Shown piece by piece: positions 25,401 to 38,630 of a stretch of 64,000 nucleotides of DNA. This stretch comes from Vicugna vicugna. Its lineage: Eukaryota. Below the pieces are notes generated by a model that saw only the letters and a program-made list of their open reading frames with translations, did no database searches and had not been told where the DNA came from. Position 1 is the stretch's first letter. Every line of letters begins with the position of its first letter. The stretch covers positions 4,178,327 through 4,242,326 of the forward strand of contig MU061579.1 in the NCBI GenBank assembly GCA_013265495.1, written 5' to 3'. Both the position numbers and the translations under genes were made by a program.

Positions 25401-27914
25401 AGAGAAAAGTGAAAATAAAACAGGAAAAAAGTAATAGCTTAGGTTCACTTTTTAAAGATCTGCAAATTGTTTATAATGATGAAAAGTCAGAAGTTGAGAT
25501 TTGAAATCTCTTAATTATCCTATATACATCTGTGGCTAAACTAATATATATTACATCATGTAATGTGTGTCAAATATATACCAGAGATCATGTTCCTAAA
25601 TTATTTTGCCATTTTCATAAAATTCTGAGTTAAAAAACACTGTTTTCCTTATCGCTACATCATATTATTTAACATAGAAACTAAACTTATGAACCTGTAT
25701 TAACTACTAAAAGAAAATTAAAATACTCAATATTGGAAAACCAAGTATATAGCATTTGTCACAAAAAATAATAATAAACTGCTTATTTCTGATTAGGTGT
25801 GTTGATTATGGATATTATAGGTTTATGACTACCCAGTATACAGATTATATTTTTAAATTGTCAATAGCTATATCCATACAATATGTAGCATCTCATTCTC
25901 TTGACTGTGATAACTGAATTAGATAAATTTCAGACTGCCATATCCAAATCATGTCAAAACCAATTGACTTATTCATTTGTCCACCAAGTCCTCTTAGTGA
26001 GAAAGATGAGCAAATTCAGTTCATATTGACTTCACAAATGGAATCTTAAATCTCAACATAAAAAGATCCATTTTAAATCATGAAAATATTAGAATACTTC
26101 TGTTTGAGAGTGCCATGGAATTTATTTTTAGTATTGTTTACAAAAGTTACAACATCCACCTCTCCCCACCCCTCCGCTGCATCTAATACTGAAAATGTTT
26201 GTGCAGTTTTCATTATGAACAAAGGCTCTACAGATGCTGCCTGAAAAGGAGACAGAAATGAGACACAGTCTCAATTCTCAAGGTACTCAGCAGTGGGGAA
26301 GATAAAGCAGCAAAACAAGGAAGCATGTGTTGGGGGTTCTCTTTGAAGAACAAGCAAATTACTATGGTAGTGTTTTAGAAAGAAAAATGCAAATATAGAT
26401 TGTTTCACTAATTGTTATGCCTTTATGTACTAAAACATTTCTTTTGAAGCCTTGATAATATACCGTGCTCTGTAAAAAGGTTGGAAGCTGTCAAAGCCCA
26501 GTGCATTCATGGAAGGAAAACTTGTTTTTATACAGTGTAATGTCCTTCCCTGGGCATTCTTGTCTTCTTGCTCTTTGGTCTGAGGGAGATGTAGAATATT
26601 TTAAAACGAGTTGACACCCTATTACTTGAAGATACATATATCTTGTCTTTGTGCAAAAGATGCTGAAATAACTTTTGAATCAGATAAGCAGCCTATTAAA
26701 AGACCAATGTTTCTTGTTAATTAGAAACATATTAAGAGTCCCCTGAGTTTTCTTGTCATGGTACATTTTCCGGAAAAGGATTTTAGAGTGAATTTCCTCA
26801 CACATAGTTAAAAAAACAATATATCATTCTTGTTTTCCTCCTTCCTTCTTTTTGAGGGAACAAGAAACAGGGTCATAACAATAGGATCCTGGATAATTAA
26901 TAAATTGATCATTGCCCTCCATTGCTATTTTTCTATAGTCAAATTTGAGAGATGGCTGTCATGTTTTCATCAGAGCCACACAGTGTGTAAGTTGGGACTG
27001 AGTTTCATCTCAATGAGCAGCCAGCTTATAACAATCTTGGAAAAGCTTGCAGCTTTCTCAAAAAAGCCTCAGGTACTTTTCTTGCAAAACCCAGGGCTTT
27101 TGTAAGATTTGTTTTCTCAGGTTGGCTTGTCTCAAAACCCATTTTTCTAGAGCCTGTTACAAGACTTACGGTGTGTCAAAGAATCAGAATTAATTTTTTT
27201 TCCAGGTAACTTAGGAAACATGATGTCAACTAATAGATACTTATTTCAGTGTAGCAGTGTAGACTTCTGTAAAATTATGGGAGAGTTTTAAACATTTTTA
27301 CATACATAATCACATAATCATTGTATTTCTCAAAAAAAAGACTTCTGAAATTGCTTAATGACAAACAGATTAGAAACAATTTCCTAGGTGAATCTCATTT
27401 TATAATTAATATTGATATGTTAGGTGTATATTTCAGGAAATTTATAATAGGGAAATAATTGACTCTACCTTTATCTGTAATAGAAATTAGGTTTAATAAT
27501 ACCAAGAATGTAAATTACATATTTAAAGGTAAATTTAATAGCACTTTGAGTAAACTAAAATCAATTAAAATACATAAAATTATACCATTTTCTTAGTAAT
27601 AGTAGAACAAAAGTTACCTAAATTTCTGTCAACCTGAAATAGTATCTCCTGCTTGAAAGATGCAGTTTTTACTTTTTGAAATGAGTGGATCGCTTTCCAA
27701 AATCAAATTAGCACTTCCAAATTTGTGAAGAAAATAATCAAGTCTATGTTTTCAAATGTCTCGTTTCCACCACCACAGATACACAGACACACAAACACAT
27801 AGACATACACATACTGTAATTTCTTGATTTTTCAGTCTTTATTTATACGCTTTAACCTTTGTAAGTAGCTTACAATTAGCTACAACACTTTCTGAACACG
27901 AATATAAAATTAGA

Positions 27915-28030
27915 ATCCCTGAGTTTGAATATTGGCTTTGTAACTTATTAGCTTTGTGAATTTGATTGAATTCTTTAATATCCCCAGACTTCATGCATGT
28001 CACCTACAAAATAGGATATAACAAAACATA
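27915..28030 (+). mobile_element. MIR fragment
   Basis: cctgagtttgaatattggctttgtaacttattagctttgtga...cacctacaaaataggatata. Confidence 0.6.
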
Positions 28031-28745
28031 CTACCTATGTATGAATAATCAAACAATATTAGTAGATCATATTAAAGGGCATTACATATTTTAACATATT
28101 ATGTGTATTTTTATCTGTAGGGTATCTGTTATCTATTAAGTGCATAGTATATTGTTATACTCTGAAGTAAACAGAAAAGAAATTCAGAGTACTGTAAATC
28201 TTTATCAAGGGATTATAATCTATTTCAGAGAAAAGTAATAACTATATCAAATATTCAAGTAGTAACACGAATAAATACAAACAGCATAAGACTGTTTTTC
28301 CGAAAAGTGATAAATGCAACATATTGTCAAAATTCAAAGGCCTGAGTACTCAAAGTCCCATGAAACTATAGAGGAATATATATATATAAAAGAAAGGTGT
28401 AAATTCTGCTTTGGACAGCCAAAAATACCAGTATGTTCAGAGAGGAAGTTCTTTAGTGGATGATAATGGCCAGTGAATTAGATGAGTTAACAATTTAAAG
28501 TTTTGAATAGCAATGGAAACTGGGCTCTTATTCAGAAAGGAATGCAGTCCCATTATAGGCTTCTGAACAGGAAAAATGTCATAATCCAATTAGGACCATC
28601 TAGGCAAATACATTCGATTTGAGAATGCCAGGTGGATCTATAGAGAGAGTCAGTGGCTTTGGAAATCCAGCCCAAATATCACTATTCAAAAATACATCTT
28701 TTTTTTTTTGTCTACATTCCATGAAACATTTAAATCTGCAGAAAA

Positions 28746-28796
28746 TTTGAAATCTGAAAGATTTATCTGAAATCTGAAATCTGAAAATCTGAAAAT
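28746..28796 (+). repeat. Short degenerate (ATCTGAAA)n tandem repeat
   Basis: atttgaaatctgaaagatttatctgaaatctgaaatctgaaaatctgaaaa read directly. Confidence 0.8.
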
Positions 28797-30074
28797 AGTA
28801 GTCATTCTGCCAAAAGCAACTATTTGCCTATAAACCAATTAAGAAGTGCTTTTGCATTTACATACTTCAATAACTTACAGTTAATAAATTTCTAATGTGA
28901 ATATTTATGAATTCATAATGTGAATATTTGGCATCTTATTTCTTTAATTCCACTTATTCTCCTTAGCTAGATTTTCCTCTTCCAGTGCTAGGACTCTATA
29001 AATTATGTTTTTAAAACTGGAACAGCGACTTTATAGTCACTATTCTGGTGAATTAGAGGTTACTCTAGATTTGAGAGGCAAGGCCATGCTCTCCTCAGTA
29101 ATTCAGCATAAGAAAAGGAGTTAAATCATTGAGTTATGGGGTATTAAGTAGAACTCTCAGGCGGAAAGTCCTAAATCTGCCTACACTTAAAAAGAGTAGA
29201 AAGAGGAAAAGAGAAAGGAGAGAAAGAAAAAATAATGGGAAAGAGTCACTAGATGTGATCAAGTCATTCCAGTCTAGTGGGGAGTTTAAAATACATCATA
29301 TGGACATTGGATTATACATTATTTTTTTTAGTCAAATACAACAGCTTTCTCTACTTTGTCCTAGTATGTATATTCTGATAAGAATGCTATCTTCAGGATT
29401 TTTAGGCTTCAAAGTTAGTGTTTTAACATGGACATAAAGCTGGTTACATTCTTTTAATTTTGTCAGATGTTAACTATAGTTGTCGATTATCCATTATCTT
29501 TTTGATCTCAGAGTAGATCATTTTGTATATAATCCTATAGAAGGATGGTTAAAAATTTATATTTCACTATCTAGTGTAGAATATGTGATCTATTTTCTTT
29601 AACACTATATTCTTAACACTACATGATGTAGAATCATATTCAATTGCTCTGGATTCTCTGAACATACTTAGCCAACGCTAAAAGAAAAAGATTCAGAACT
29701 TCATGGTCATTCATGATTAAAAGTTTGGGGATGAAATTATTCTGATGATATTCCATAAAATGGAATATCCATGCACAATATAATATTGAGCTTAAAATCC
29801 TCTAGAAGAGCATACTTCAGTTACTGCACTAGAGACATACCCAGAATTGAATCTTTATTGTAGTTATATGATATTTCATGGAGAAAATTAATATGTTCCC
29901 TTTACTGCCTTGGTTTAGGTCAGAGAAGAAGGGATTATGGCAGAAGAAAATTGTGACTAAACACTTTTACTATATATCTTTGGTTAGAAAACAGAGTAAC
30001 TGAACATAAAGGTAGGATATAATACAATGCAATGCAAGGTTTATTTCATCTCTTCTCTAACTGTAATATACAAA

Positions 30075-30175
30075 AGAATCACTGAGCATTGTGTTAAAAT
30101 GCAGACTCTGTTTTAGTTGGTCTGGGGAGAGGAATCTCTGAAGTTCTGCATTTATATCCAGCTTCCAGGTGACCA
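30075..30175. mobile_element. MER5A-like hAT DNA transposon fragment
   Basis: gaatcact...tgttaaaatgcagactct...gttggtctgggg...tctgcatttata.ccagcttccaggtga. Confidence 0.6.
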
Positions 30176-30494
30176 AACTCTGATTTATTAGATTATTGTT
30201 TTAAGTGCATTTTTTAGCCCACATGTATTTTTTCTTGAGTGAAAGTTTTCTATTTTTCAGTTTTTCAAATTAAGCATAAATCTCTTACAGCCTGGAATGT
30301 TTTTTATATCTTTATGTATCCCTCATCCTGCCTATGAAGTGTTTAATAAATATTTACCCCTAATAGTGGTGAAAACTTCTGTATATAAATTGCTTTAACT
30401 TTCAAGTCCCCAAAGGCAAAATTAATTGCTAGATTTCAATGTTAAAAACATTTTCAAAGTGATTACTTATATACTTTGTTTTATATTTGAAAGT

Positions 30495-30700
30495 TAGTAT
30501 CCAAATCCTTGCTTGGTCACTTATAACCATGTGACCTTGGAAAGGTGGCTCAATCTCTCTGTATTTTGTTTTCTGAGATCAGAAAGAAATTGTGCCTCCA
30601 GTGGCCATTTTGAGGGTTACATGAAATAGCATATTATCTGCTAAGAAATACCTGACATACAAACATCTCAATGAATGCTAATTATCTTATTTCTTGTTAT
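30495..30700 (+). mobile_element. MIR
   Basis: caaatcct...cacttataaccatgtgaccttggaaaggtggctcaatctctctgt...ctcaatgaatgctaattat. Confidence 0.75.
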
Positions 30701-32722
30701 TATTATTTTATATGTAATATGCACATACATACATATATCATACACATGAATTTAGTAGTAGTTTTTAAAGTTTATAACAAGCAGATCTCTATTGTGTTTA
30801 AATTCTGATAATATAAATCTATACTAATTTCTGTAACTTAACAGAATCAAAAGATGTTTCAACTTTACACTGTCTTGTTTAAGAATATATAATGCTTATG
30901 AAAATACAGTGAAACCTAATGCTTAAGCTGTAATTCAGTACTTGATATTGCTATTAATGAACAGCAGTACTGACATTCTACTGTTCATAATATCAGCTGA
31001 ACAGTTCCATGAGTTGCACCCTTTATTTTTTTGAGCAGCATGTGCCACTATAGCCAATAAAATATAGTTTATTCATGATTAACTTATGTACAGTACAACA
31101 CTCACATCCTATCATGATTCTTTATGTAATTATACCTTTTAGATTATGTATAAATAATGTTACTATTATACTTCTTTAACAAGGAAAAATAGCAGTTTAA
31201 AACACTTTAGATTTAAAAAAGGAAGAAATTTTCTTCCAAGTTCCTTCATTCTCTATTTTAACAATGTACACTTAAGGGAACAATGAAACACCTTAGTGCA
31301 TAGAAAAGCTGGAAAACTCTTGACAACATAGGATTGCAAAGTTTATGTAATTTAACTTTGGAATTTACTGTATTGTTAACCCAAAGTGCTCATTCTTCTA
31401 AAAAATATCCAGTTCACTGAACAAATAACTACTTAGCACTTATATCCTAGGAGCTGAATGTGAATCAAAACATAGCAGTAAACAGAACAAATACCTTGCT
31501 AAACAAAGACTCTGAAAGCACACATGTATCTCTCTTAATCTAGCCTTGAAAATCCATGAAGACTTCCTGGAAAAGGCAAATCTAAGCAGGTTCCCCATTA
31601 AGTAATAAGCTGAAAATTAACCCCGTCCCCATTTTACATACTTTCTTTTAGTATAAATTGTATAGGAAATGTGAGGCTTTGTTGTTAAAAAAAAACTGAT
31701 TTTAAATTTTCAGTTGATAACCATATCATTTTTTCTCTGTGTATTTATGTCAAAGCAGTTGATACCAAACATTGTTTACTCCTTATACTCAAAGGAAATA
31801 AGAAAACTGAACAAACCCATTGTGTATCAATTAATGTCCAAGTTAAAATAAGTTAAATTCTTAGTCTAGCAAGATCAGAATTGTTGTGGGTCGTACTTAT
31901 TAAATATTCTCCATCATAAGAGTGTGCTTGCAATTATTTTTATTATATGATTTACTCGTTGGATGCTTGAATGGATTGTTTAGAACTCTGTCTTGTTTTT
32001 TTCCTTTTGATAATTTATTAATGAGTGAATTGACTTTTTTTTTTAAAATAGGGTGTGAAAATCTGCAATTTCATGTTATTTGTTAGTGAAAATGTAATTA
32101 CTGGTTAAAATGAAAAGACTATATGTGGACCTCCATTTATATATACTCTTGCCTACGACTCCCAGATGACAGTGATAAAGCTGGGTCCACTGTTCTCCAA
32201 AGCTGACTCTTAGGTGAGGTCTTTCATTAGGGTCTGAGACCCGGCCTTCTGAAGGATGACTGCCACCCAATTTGGCAGCACTCCAGAGGATGCTGAGAAG
32301 GGAAACTTTGGGATTTAACCTGTTCTCTTTTCGCCTTCACACTAGGAATAAAAGAAGAGTCAATGTGCCACCTTTAGAGGCTGCCAACCCTGCCTAGGAA
32401 ACAGGACCTACATGTACATAGCTTTCTCTGTAGAGGACCTAGCATGGTTCCTTGGGCCACTTGAAAGGATGGTCATTGAAGCTAGGAAGAGGCTGTGAAC
32501 AGTCTCTGTCAGTATGAGGAGCCTGGTGGGATGTAGGAAAATGTAGCATGATTTATTTTTCCCATCACTGGTGAGACCCTGGGTAGAGCTTCTAGTCAGC
32601 GATGAGTTCATCTTCAGGATCCTTACATTCTGACTATATGGAATTGGAGAAAGCTGGCCTATGATAGGCATTGATCAGCTTCTCCTGGTAGGGGTTGGAA
32701 TGTGAGTCTGAAGATACCTAAT

Positions 32723-33170
32723 TCTATTAGTCAGTGTTTCCTAGAGAAACAGATCAGTAATATTTATATACATATGTAAGGGAAATTATGAGGCGGACAA
32801 GTCTTATGATCTGACATTTGTAAGCTGGAGACCCAGGAAACCCAGTGGTATATTTTGCGTCTGAGTCTGAAGACCTGAGAAGCAGGGAATGCAATGTTGT
32901 AAATCTCAGTCCAAGGGCCAGAGAAGATGAAATGAGGAATCCTAACTCAACACTAAGGGAGAAAAAAGGGGGACAGATTTCTTTTTTCTCCATCTTTATT
33001 TCTATTCAGGTGCTCAAAGAATTGAAGGATGCTCACCCACACTGGGGAGGTCAGTCTGCCTACTGTGACTGCCAAGGTCATCCCGAAACACCCTCTCTAC
33101 CACACTCAATAATACTATTTAGTCTTGGAACTCTGTGGCCAGTCAAGCTGACACAAAATTAACTATTTCC
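32723..33170 (-). mobile_element. MLT2B-type (ERVL) solo LTR
   Basis: tattagtcagtgtttcctagagaaacaga...gtaagctggagacccaggaaa...ggccagtcaagctgacacaaaattaact. Also explains ORFs 32754-32993 and 32845-33162. Confidence 0.85.
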
Positions 33171-33599
33171 CTAATCCATCCTGAATCTCAACTTCTATCT
33201 TGCCCCCTTCAAAAGAACCTTTAAAATACATTTAAACCAATTGGATAGACAGCAGTGCATGACTTAAGATGGTAATATGAATGATGAGCAGAGGATAAAG
33301 TCTACATATTAATAACATATACAATGTTAATAACATTCATAAAATGTATTTACAGAGGAAAAAAATCAACATGGGCAGTAAAGGAACCATGTTATTTTTG
33401 TTTTTAATATTTCAATTTAAAGATAATGAATACACAGTATTTAGGGGCATATATGTAATTTTGAATGTTAATATAATGAAAATCTTATACGCATTATCCC
33501 ATAGATGATTATCTTAAGGGCAGTTTTGTTTCCCAGAATATATGTCCTTCCATCCTGTTAACTCTGGTATTAAAATAGATATGTACACTTTTACAAGAT

Positions 33600-34337
33600 G
33601 TATACAGTAAAAATTATTTCTTTTGCTCAGTATTACATTCTGTAACATCATCCATATTGAAATATGAGTTTTAATTCTTTCATGTTCACTGTTTTTAATA
33701 TATTCTTAAGTCCATTATACATGTTGTAAATATCTTTTCCAAGTTTTTTTTTCATTTTTGCATGTTTTTTACTTTTTAAAATTTTCATTATTTAATGTCT
33801 TTTTATAAACAGAAGTTCTTAATTTATTCAAAATTTGTCTTTTTATTTATGTTTTGACACTTTCATGTCACATTTAAGAAATCCATCCATACTCTTAAGG
33901 ACGTAAAAATTATCATTTATATTATTTTCTGGAAGTTTTGTAATTTTGCCTTTCACCAGGGGCATTTTAACTCAAATAGGATAAAATTTTGTCCATAGTG
34001 TGAGATACATTCCAATTGCTCTTATCTATAATGTCAGCCATTTCCAGACAATTTGTTTATAAGTTCATTCTTTTCCTGTAATCTACCATGTCTGCTCTTC
34101 ATAATTTAGAAGTTCACATATGCATGGCTTTGTGTCTTGATTTTATATTACATAGTATTTGTCAATATTTAAATCTCAATGTCTATATCTTGCTGTCTTA
34201 AAACTACGTTATTAGATAAGTGTCATTTCCTCTTACTTTGTTTTTCTGCTTCAGAACTATTTTAGAAATAGTTCACCCTTTGCTCTTTTATGTAAATTTT
34301 GTGATTGGCTTGTCAATTTCTTCAAAAAAAAAAAAGC
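33600..34337 (-). mobile_element. Old L1M ORF2 3' fragment (minus strand)
   Basis: The reverse complement near 34250-34337 reads like FFEEIDK.I.KFI.KSKG...ISKIVLKQKN; degraded. Confidence 0.7.
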
Positions 34338-35338
34338 AGATCTTAGCCATTATTTAAGGAAACAATAATGTCAATTCCACACAAACTTTTAGAATATGGA
34401 AGAAGAGGAAATATCTTACAATACATTTTTAGAAACCAACATTATATGCTGATATCTCATTGTGATATCCAGATGAGATAGATGACATAAAGAGAAAAAT
34501 ACTATCCAATATCCCTCTCTAAAGATATAAAACTTTTTAAAAAAATATTAGAAAATCAAACCCAGCAATATGTAAAAAGGCTAATACACTATGAACAAGT
34601 GGGCTTTATTCTTGCCATGTAAAATTGGTTCAACATTCTTAAATAATATTATGTAATTTATTATATGATAATTCATGTAATTATTATAATGAACCCAAAT
34701 CAATGGATTTAGATAAAACATTTGACAAAATTTAACATCCATCCCTGACTTTAAAAAGCAATTAAAGGGTGGAGGGTATAGCTCAGTGGTAGAATTCATG
34801 CTTAGCATGCACGAGGTCCTGGGTTCAATCCCAGTATCTTCCATTAAAAATAAATAAACCTAATTACCCCTACCCCCCCAAAAAAGCACTTAAAATAACA
34901 CTAAATTTCAGCAAAATAACACTAGGAGAGAACTTTCTCCACAAGATAAAGGGTATCTATGAAAAACTTACAGATCATACCATAATTAAGGTAAAAGACA
35001 ATACTTTTCCGCTAAGAACAGGAAAACTGCAAATTTATCTTCTCTTATAATTCTTTTTCAACACAGTATTAGAAGTACCAACCAAGAATCAGACTAGAAA
35101 AAGCAGACAGCATTCAGACTGGGGAAAAAAAACTGGTAAAACTGTGTTTATTAGTAGACAATATGTTTTTATTATAAAACAAACAATAAACAAGGAATCT
35201 ACAAAGAAGCTACTAGATCTAATAATGTGAGATAAGACAGTGTCAGGTGTTAATACAACATCACATACATAAAAATGAACTGCGTTATTACAGATGAGAA
35301 GGGAACACTTGAAAATTTAAATATAATTAAAAGTACCA
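34338..35338 (+). mobile_element. Old L1M ORF2 RT-region fragment (plus strand), interrupted by a SINE
   Basis: tttaaggaaacaataatgtcaattccacacaaacttttagaa (FKE.I.PI.HKL), caagtgggctttatt, aaaacatttgacaaaatttaacatcc and ttagtagacaatatg (degenerate YADD region). Confidence 0.8.
34767..34880 (+). mobile_element. tRNA-Ala(AGC)-derived SINE (Vic-1-like)
   Basis: ggagggtatagctcagtggtagaattcatgcttAGCatgcacgaggtcctgggttcaatccccagt, then aaataaataaacctaattacccc. TSD aaaaagca(a/c)ttaaa at 34753-34766 and 34881-34894. Confidence 0.92.
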
Positions 35339-35399
35339 GACATTCACTTGCTAATTTTTATCATGTCAGGTGTTTGAGCTATTTATTTTTACTTATACA

Positions 35400-36450
35400 C
35401 ATTCTTAATCAACATATTTTGATATTATTTTTACATTAAAATCTTTTTAAAAATCTGCTCTTTGTTTCGCATTAGCTATAGAATACTTTTTCCAGAATTT
35501 GAATTTTATGTCAAAAATATTTTCTTAACACAGTAAAGACAATAAATATTCTAAGGTTTTCTGGAGATCATTGATTGGTGTTTTTGTAAGTGAATTTTCA
35601 GTCTAAGTGCATATTTGGAAGTAATCTATTGCTGTTTTTACTGGTTTTTCCAACTCTAGTTTTCGTTATTTTCCTGGAATTTTGCAGTTTCATTCTGATG
35701 TGTTAGAGCTCGGGGGGGGAGGAATAATTTAGAATTTCTAAATTGAAGGATTAATTTCTTTATATAACTCAAAAATTCCTTAGCCATTTTATGATTTAGT
35801 ACTCTACTTTCTCCATTCTATGATCTCCTTCAGAAAATACAATTACATCTACTTAAGACCTTGTCATGCTATCCTGCAAGTCTCCAAACCTTTATTTCAT
35901 ATTAGACTTTGTTTCTCTGAGATGCATTCTCTTATTTTTCCAGTGTAGCTTTCATTCCTTAATTAAACCCTCAACTTTAATTTGATTTTTTGACCCATTC
36001 ACTGAATTTCACATATTACTTGTTAGTTTTGATTGTACAAGTTTTATAGGAGCATTTATCTACTAATTATTTTTTATATTTTTTTAAATATTCTTGTTTT
36101 TCAAGCTGAATTTTAAAAATTTAAATATATTAAGCATAGTTATCTTATATTCTAGACATGATATATTTGGAAAAAAATGTAGAATTAAATTCTGCTGTTT
36201 GTTAATTCTGCTGTTTTACCCCTTAAGTATTAATTCCTTCTGTTCATTCTTTCAGAATGGAAGAAGCTTATATTCCTTCAAGTTTTATGTTTGGGCGATG
36301 TTTAAAGACTAAAAAGAATAATTAAGATTATGTCTTCCTGTCTTCTGGGAGCATCATAAAAGTAGGTCCACATAAAATAATTTGAGGCTTTTTGGACAAC
36401 ACAGGTGGTATCCTTTTAGACTACAAACTCAAATGCATTCCAACTCTGGT
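35400..36450 (-). mobile_element. Very degraded L1M 5'/ORF1-region fragment
   Basis: T-rich strand bias and wording (ttttgcagtttcattctgatgtg, aattccttagccatt, ttctccattcta) typical of reversed old L1 ORF1. Confidence 0.5.
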
Positions 36451-38033
36451 TGTAAAATCACAGCATTTTTAGGAAATGTATTTGGAAGTGTTATTCTGGA
36501 TATATGGTCACCATATATTTATTTAAAACATGTTTATCAAAGCTTTAATGTATTTTTCTAGTTAAATACATATCCAAACAGCAATGTATATTATATTCCA
36601 TTTCAAGTTCTGTCTCATTTTGTCATGTACACATAAGAATTAATTGCTGAAATTTATAGGAAGTAATTCAGAATTTTTAAATTAACAGAAAAAAGAATAT
36701 GTATTTTTCTTTTTAAACTCATTCTGTTAATAATCAACATAAAATCCTGTTCTGCCAAAGTATAAATGGAAATTTAGGGAAAAGGTTATAAATAATTAAT
36801 TGAATATCCTTGAGATGAGTAAAAATCACTTCTATCAATAGTGGTCTAAGAGATTTTATATATCCCAGTGCTCTTGAAAGTATTATGTCAACTGAAAAAT
36901 ATAAATTAGCACATCATTCTATCAGCATTAACTTTTTAATAAGGCAAAGGACTGAATTGTTTACAGAACATAACAGCATGTTTTCAGAAAACAGAACATA
37001 CAAATATATTCAACATTTTAACTCACAAATATAGTAAAAGAGAATGTTATATATAATGATAATTTGAACTACATTTCTTTCAGATTATGAAGAACAAGTA
37101 TGTATTTTTAAGTGACAATACATTTCTTTACATTGTTTTGGCAGAAATATGCTTGTTAGATTCACAAACACAAAGCATACGGAATGTTTAGAATTCAGTT
37201 TGAGAAAGAGTCTCTATATCCTGAGAATAATAACAGTTCTCGTTCACTTTTCAAAGAAAGAGTACAGTTTATTGTTAGAGAATACAAAAATTAAAAATTT
37301 TACTTCAGTATTTTTGATTTTAGAAAATCAGCAATATATCCAAGTTTTAAGGTAAATAAAGCTCACTAAGTAGGCTAAACTGATGACTTTATTCAAGTCC
37401 CTTATTTGAGAGTATGTAGAAATTTTTCTTGCATTTGTATCTGGATCCTAGAATAAATTTAATGTGCTTGAATGATTCTACTAATTTAGTACATTTTGTT
37501 GTGTGCATGCTTTTGTTTTTCCTCAGAGAAATTTTTATTTGGATAAATTTGCACATTCACAAACTGAAACCAGAAGTCTAGAAGTTTATTACTACTTATG
37601 GTCATAAAATGACACGAACAATGTAGCATAAGAGGGATATTATTTTCAAAATATGTTTAGAAGCAATGGTATAGGTATTTATGAAAAGGAAGCATAAGAA
37701 AAGAATGTATCTGAACTTTGAATTCTAAATGAACATTGTAGGATATTCTGAAGGCAGTAAGTACTTAACTGATTTTCCCAATTCAGCCTTAAAAGGAGCC
37801 TTGGGGCTAGTTTGTACTAGAAGTCTAGTTTATGGACCTAAAAAAGTATCTATGTAAAGTATCACATATTGCAAAGAATTCAAGTCATAAAATAAGACTA
37901 TCATATAAAGAAATGAGGATAGTATTTCATACCTTAAAGACATGATACTAAAAAACTATCAAGAGTAGAGATTAATTTTAAACAATTTTAATTATTTTAA
38001 TATATACAATTTTGAAACTCAAAAAGTGAAACT

Positions 38034-38473
38034 TGTGTATTAGAGGTTGGGTTCCTGGGGAAGCAGGTTCTAAGACAGATTATTTTACAGGAAGTTACTT
38101 GGGGAGTGCTCTTAAGATGTAGATGTATTGGGAAAGGGAAGGAAACAGGACTGGGCAGAAAATGAAATTAGGCTTCAGTGTAGTCTCAACAAGGGTGGAG
38201 ATGAGCCTCCATAGAATTCTGGAGCTGGGATGGTCCTTCACAGTGTTGTCTTGTGAGGTCATGGACACAGGTTTTTATATCCCTGTGTCAAGTAGTCCTA
38301 GGATTCAGCTGCCTTCATTCAGAAAAGGGACATGACTTAGGTGAGGCATCTCTTCTTAGCTAGGACAATCCTGGGGAAGTCTGACCATTGAGCTATGGAA
38401 GGCAGCAATTAGGGAAATGTCACTCCAGTTTGAAGGGGGGGTGGGTTTGAGGAGTCATCTGAGCATCCTCCAC
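38034..38473 (-). mobile_element. LTR16-family (ERVL) solo LTR
   Basis: ggttgggttcctggggaagcag..ct.agacagatt....acaggaagtt.cttggggagtgctctt...gcatcctccaca. Confidence 0.75.
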
Positions 38474-38524
38474 ATTATCTGACACTTAGTATGTACTATG
38501 ATGTCTGACTATGCTAAATTAATT

Positions 38525-38592
38525 CTTTCTTTCTTTCTTCCTTTCTTCCTTCCTTCCTTCCTTCCTTCCTTCCTTCCTTCCTTCCTTCCTTC

Positions 38593-38630
<38 letters not shown>
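38525..38630. repeat. Compound (TTTC)n(TTCC)n(TTTC)n microsatellite at the position of the L1 poly(A) tail
   Basis: Read directly; abuts the L1 3' end at 38631. Confidence 0.95.

Noticed and set aside
30958..30988. Small inverted repeat atgaacagcag...ctactgttcat
   Set aside because: An 11-bp imperfect stem, too short for a pre-miRNA or MITE and expected by chance.
34770..34843. Apparent tRNA-Ala(AGC) gene
   Set aside because: It has a SINE tail and TSD, imperfect stems and no oligo-T terminator, and lies inside an old L1; it is a SINE head.
37084..37097. Possible 14-nt microexon (ttctttcag|attatgaagaacaa|gtatgt)
   Set aside because: Not a multiple of three, and such motif pairs arise by chance in AT-rich DNA; no independent support.
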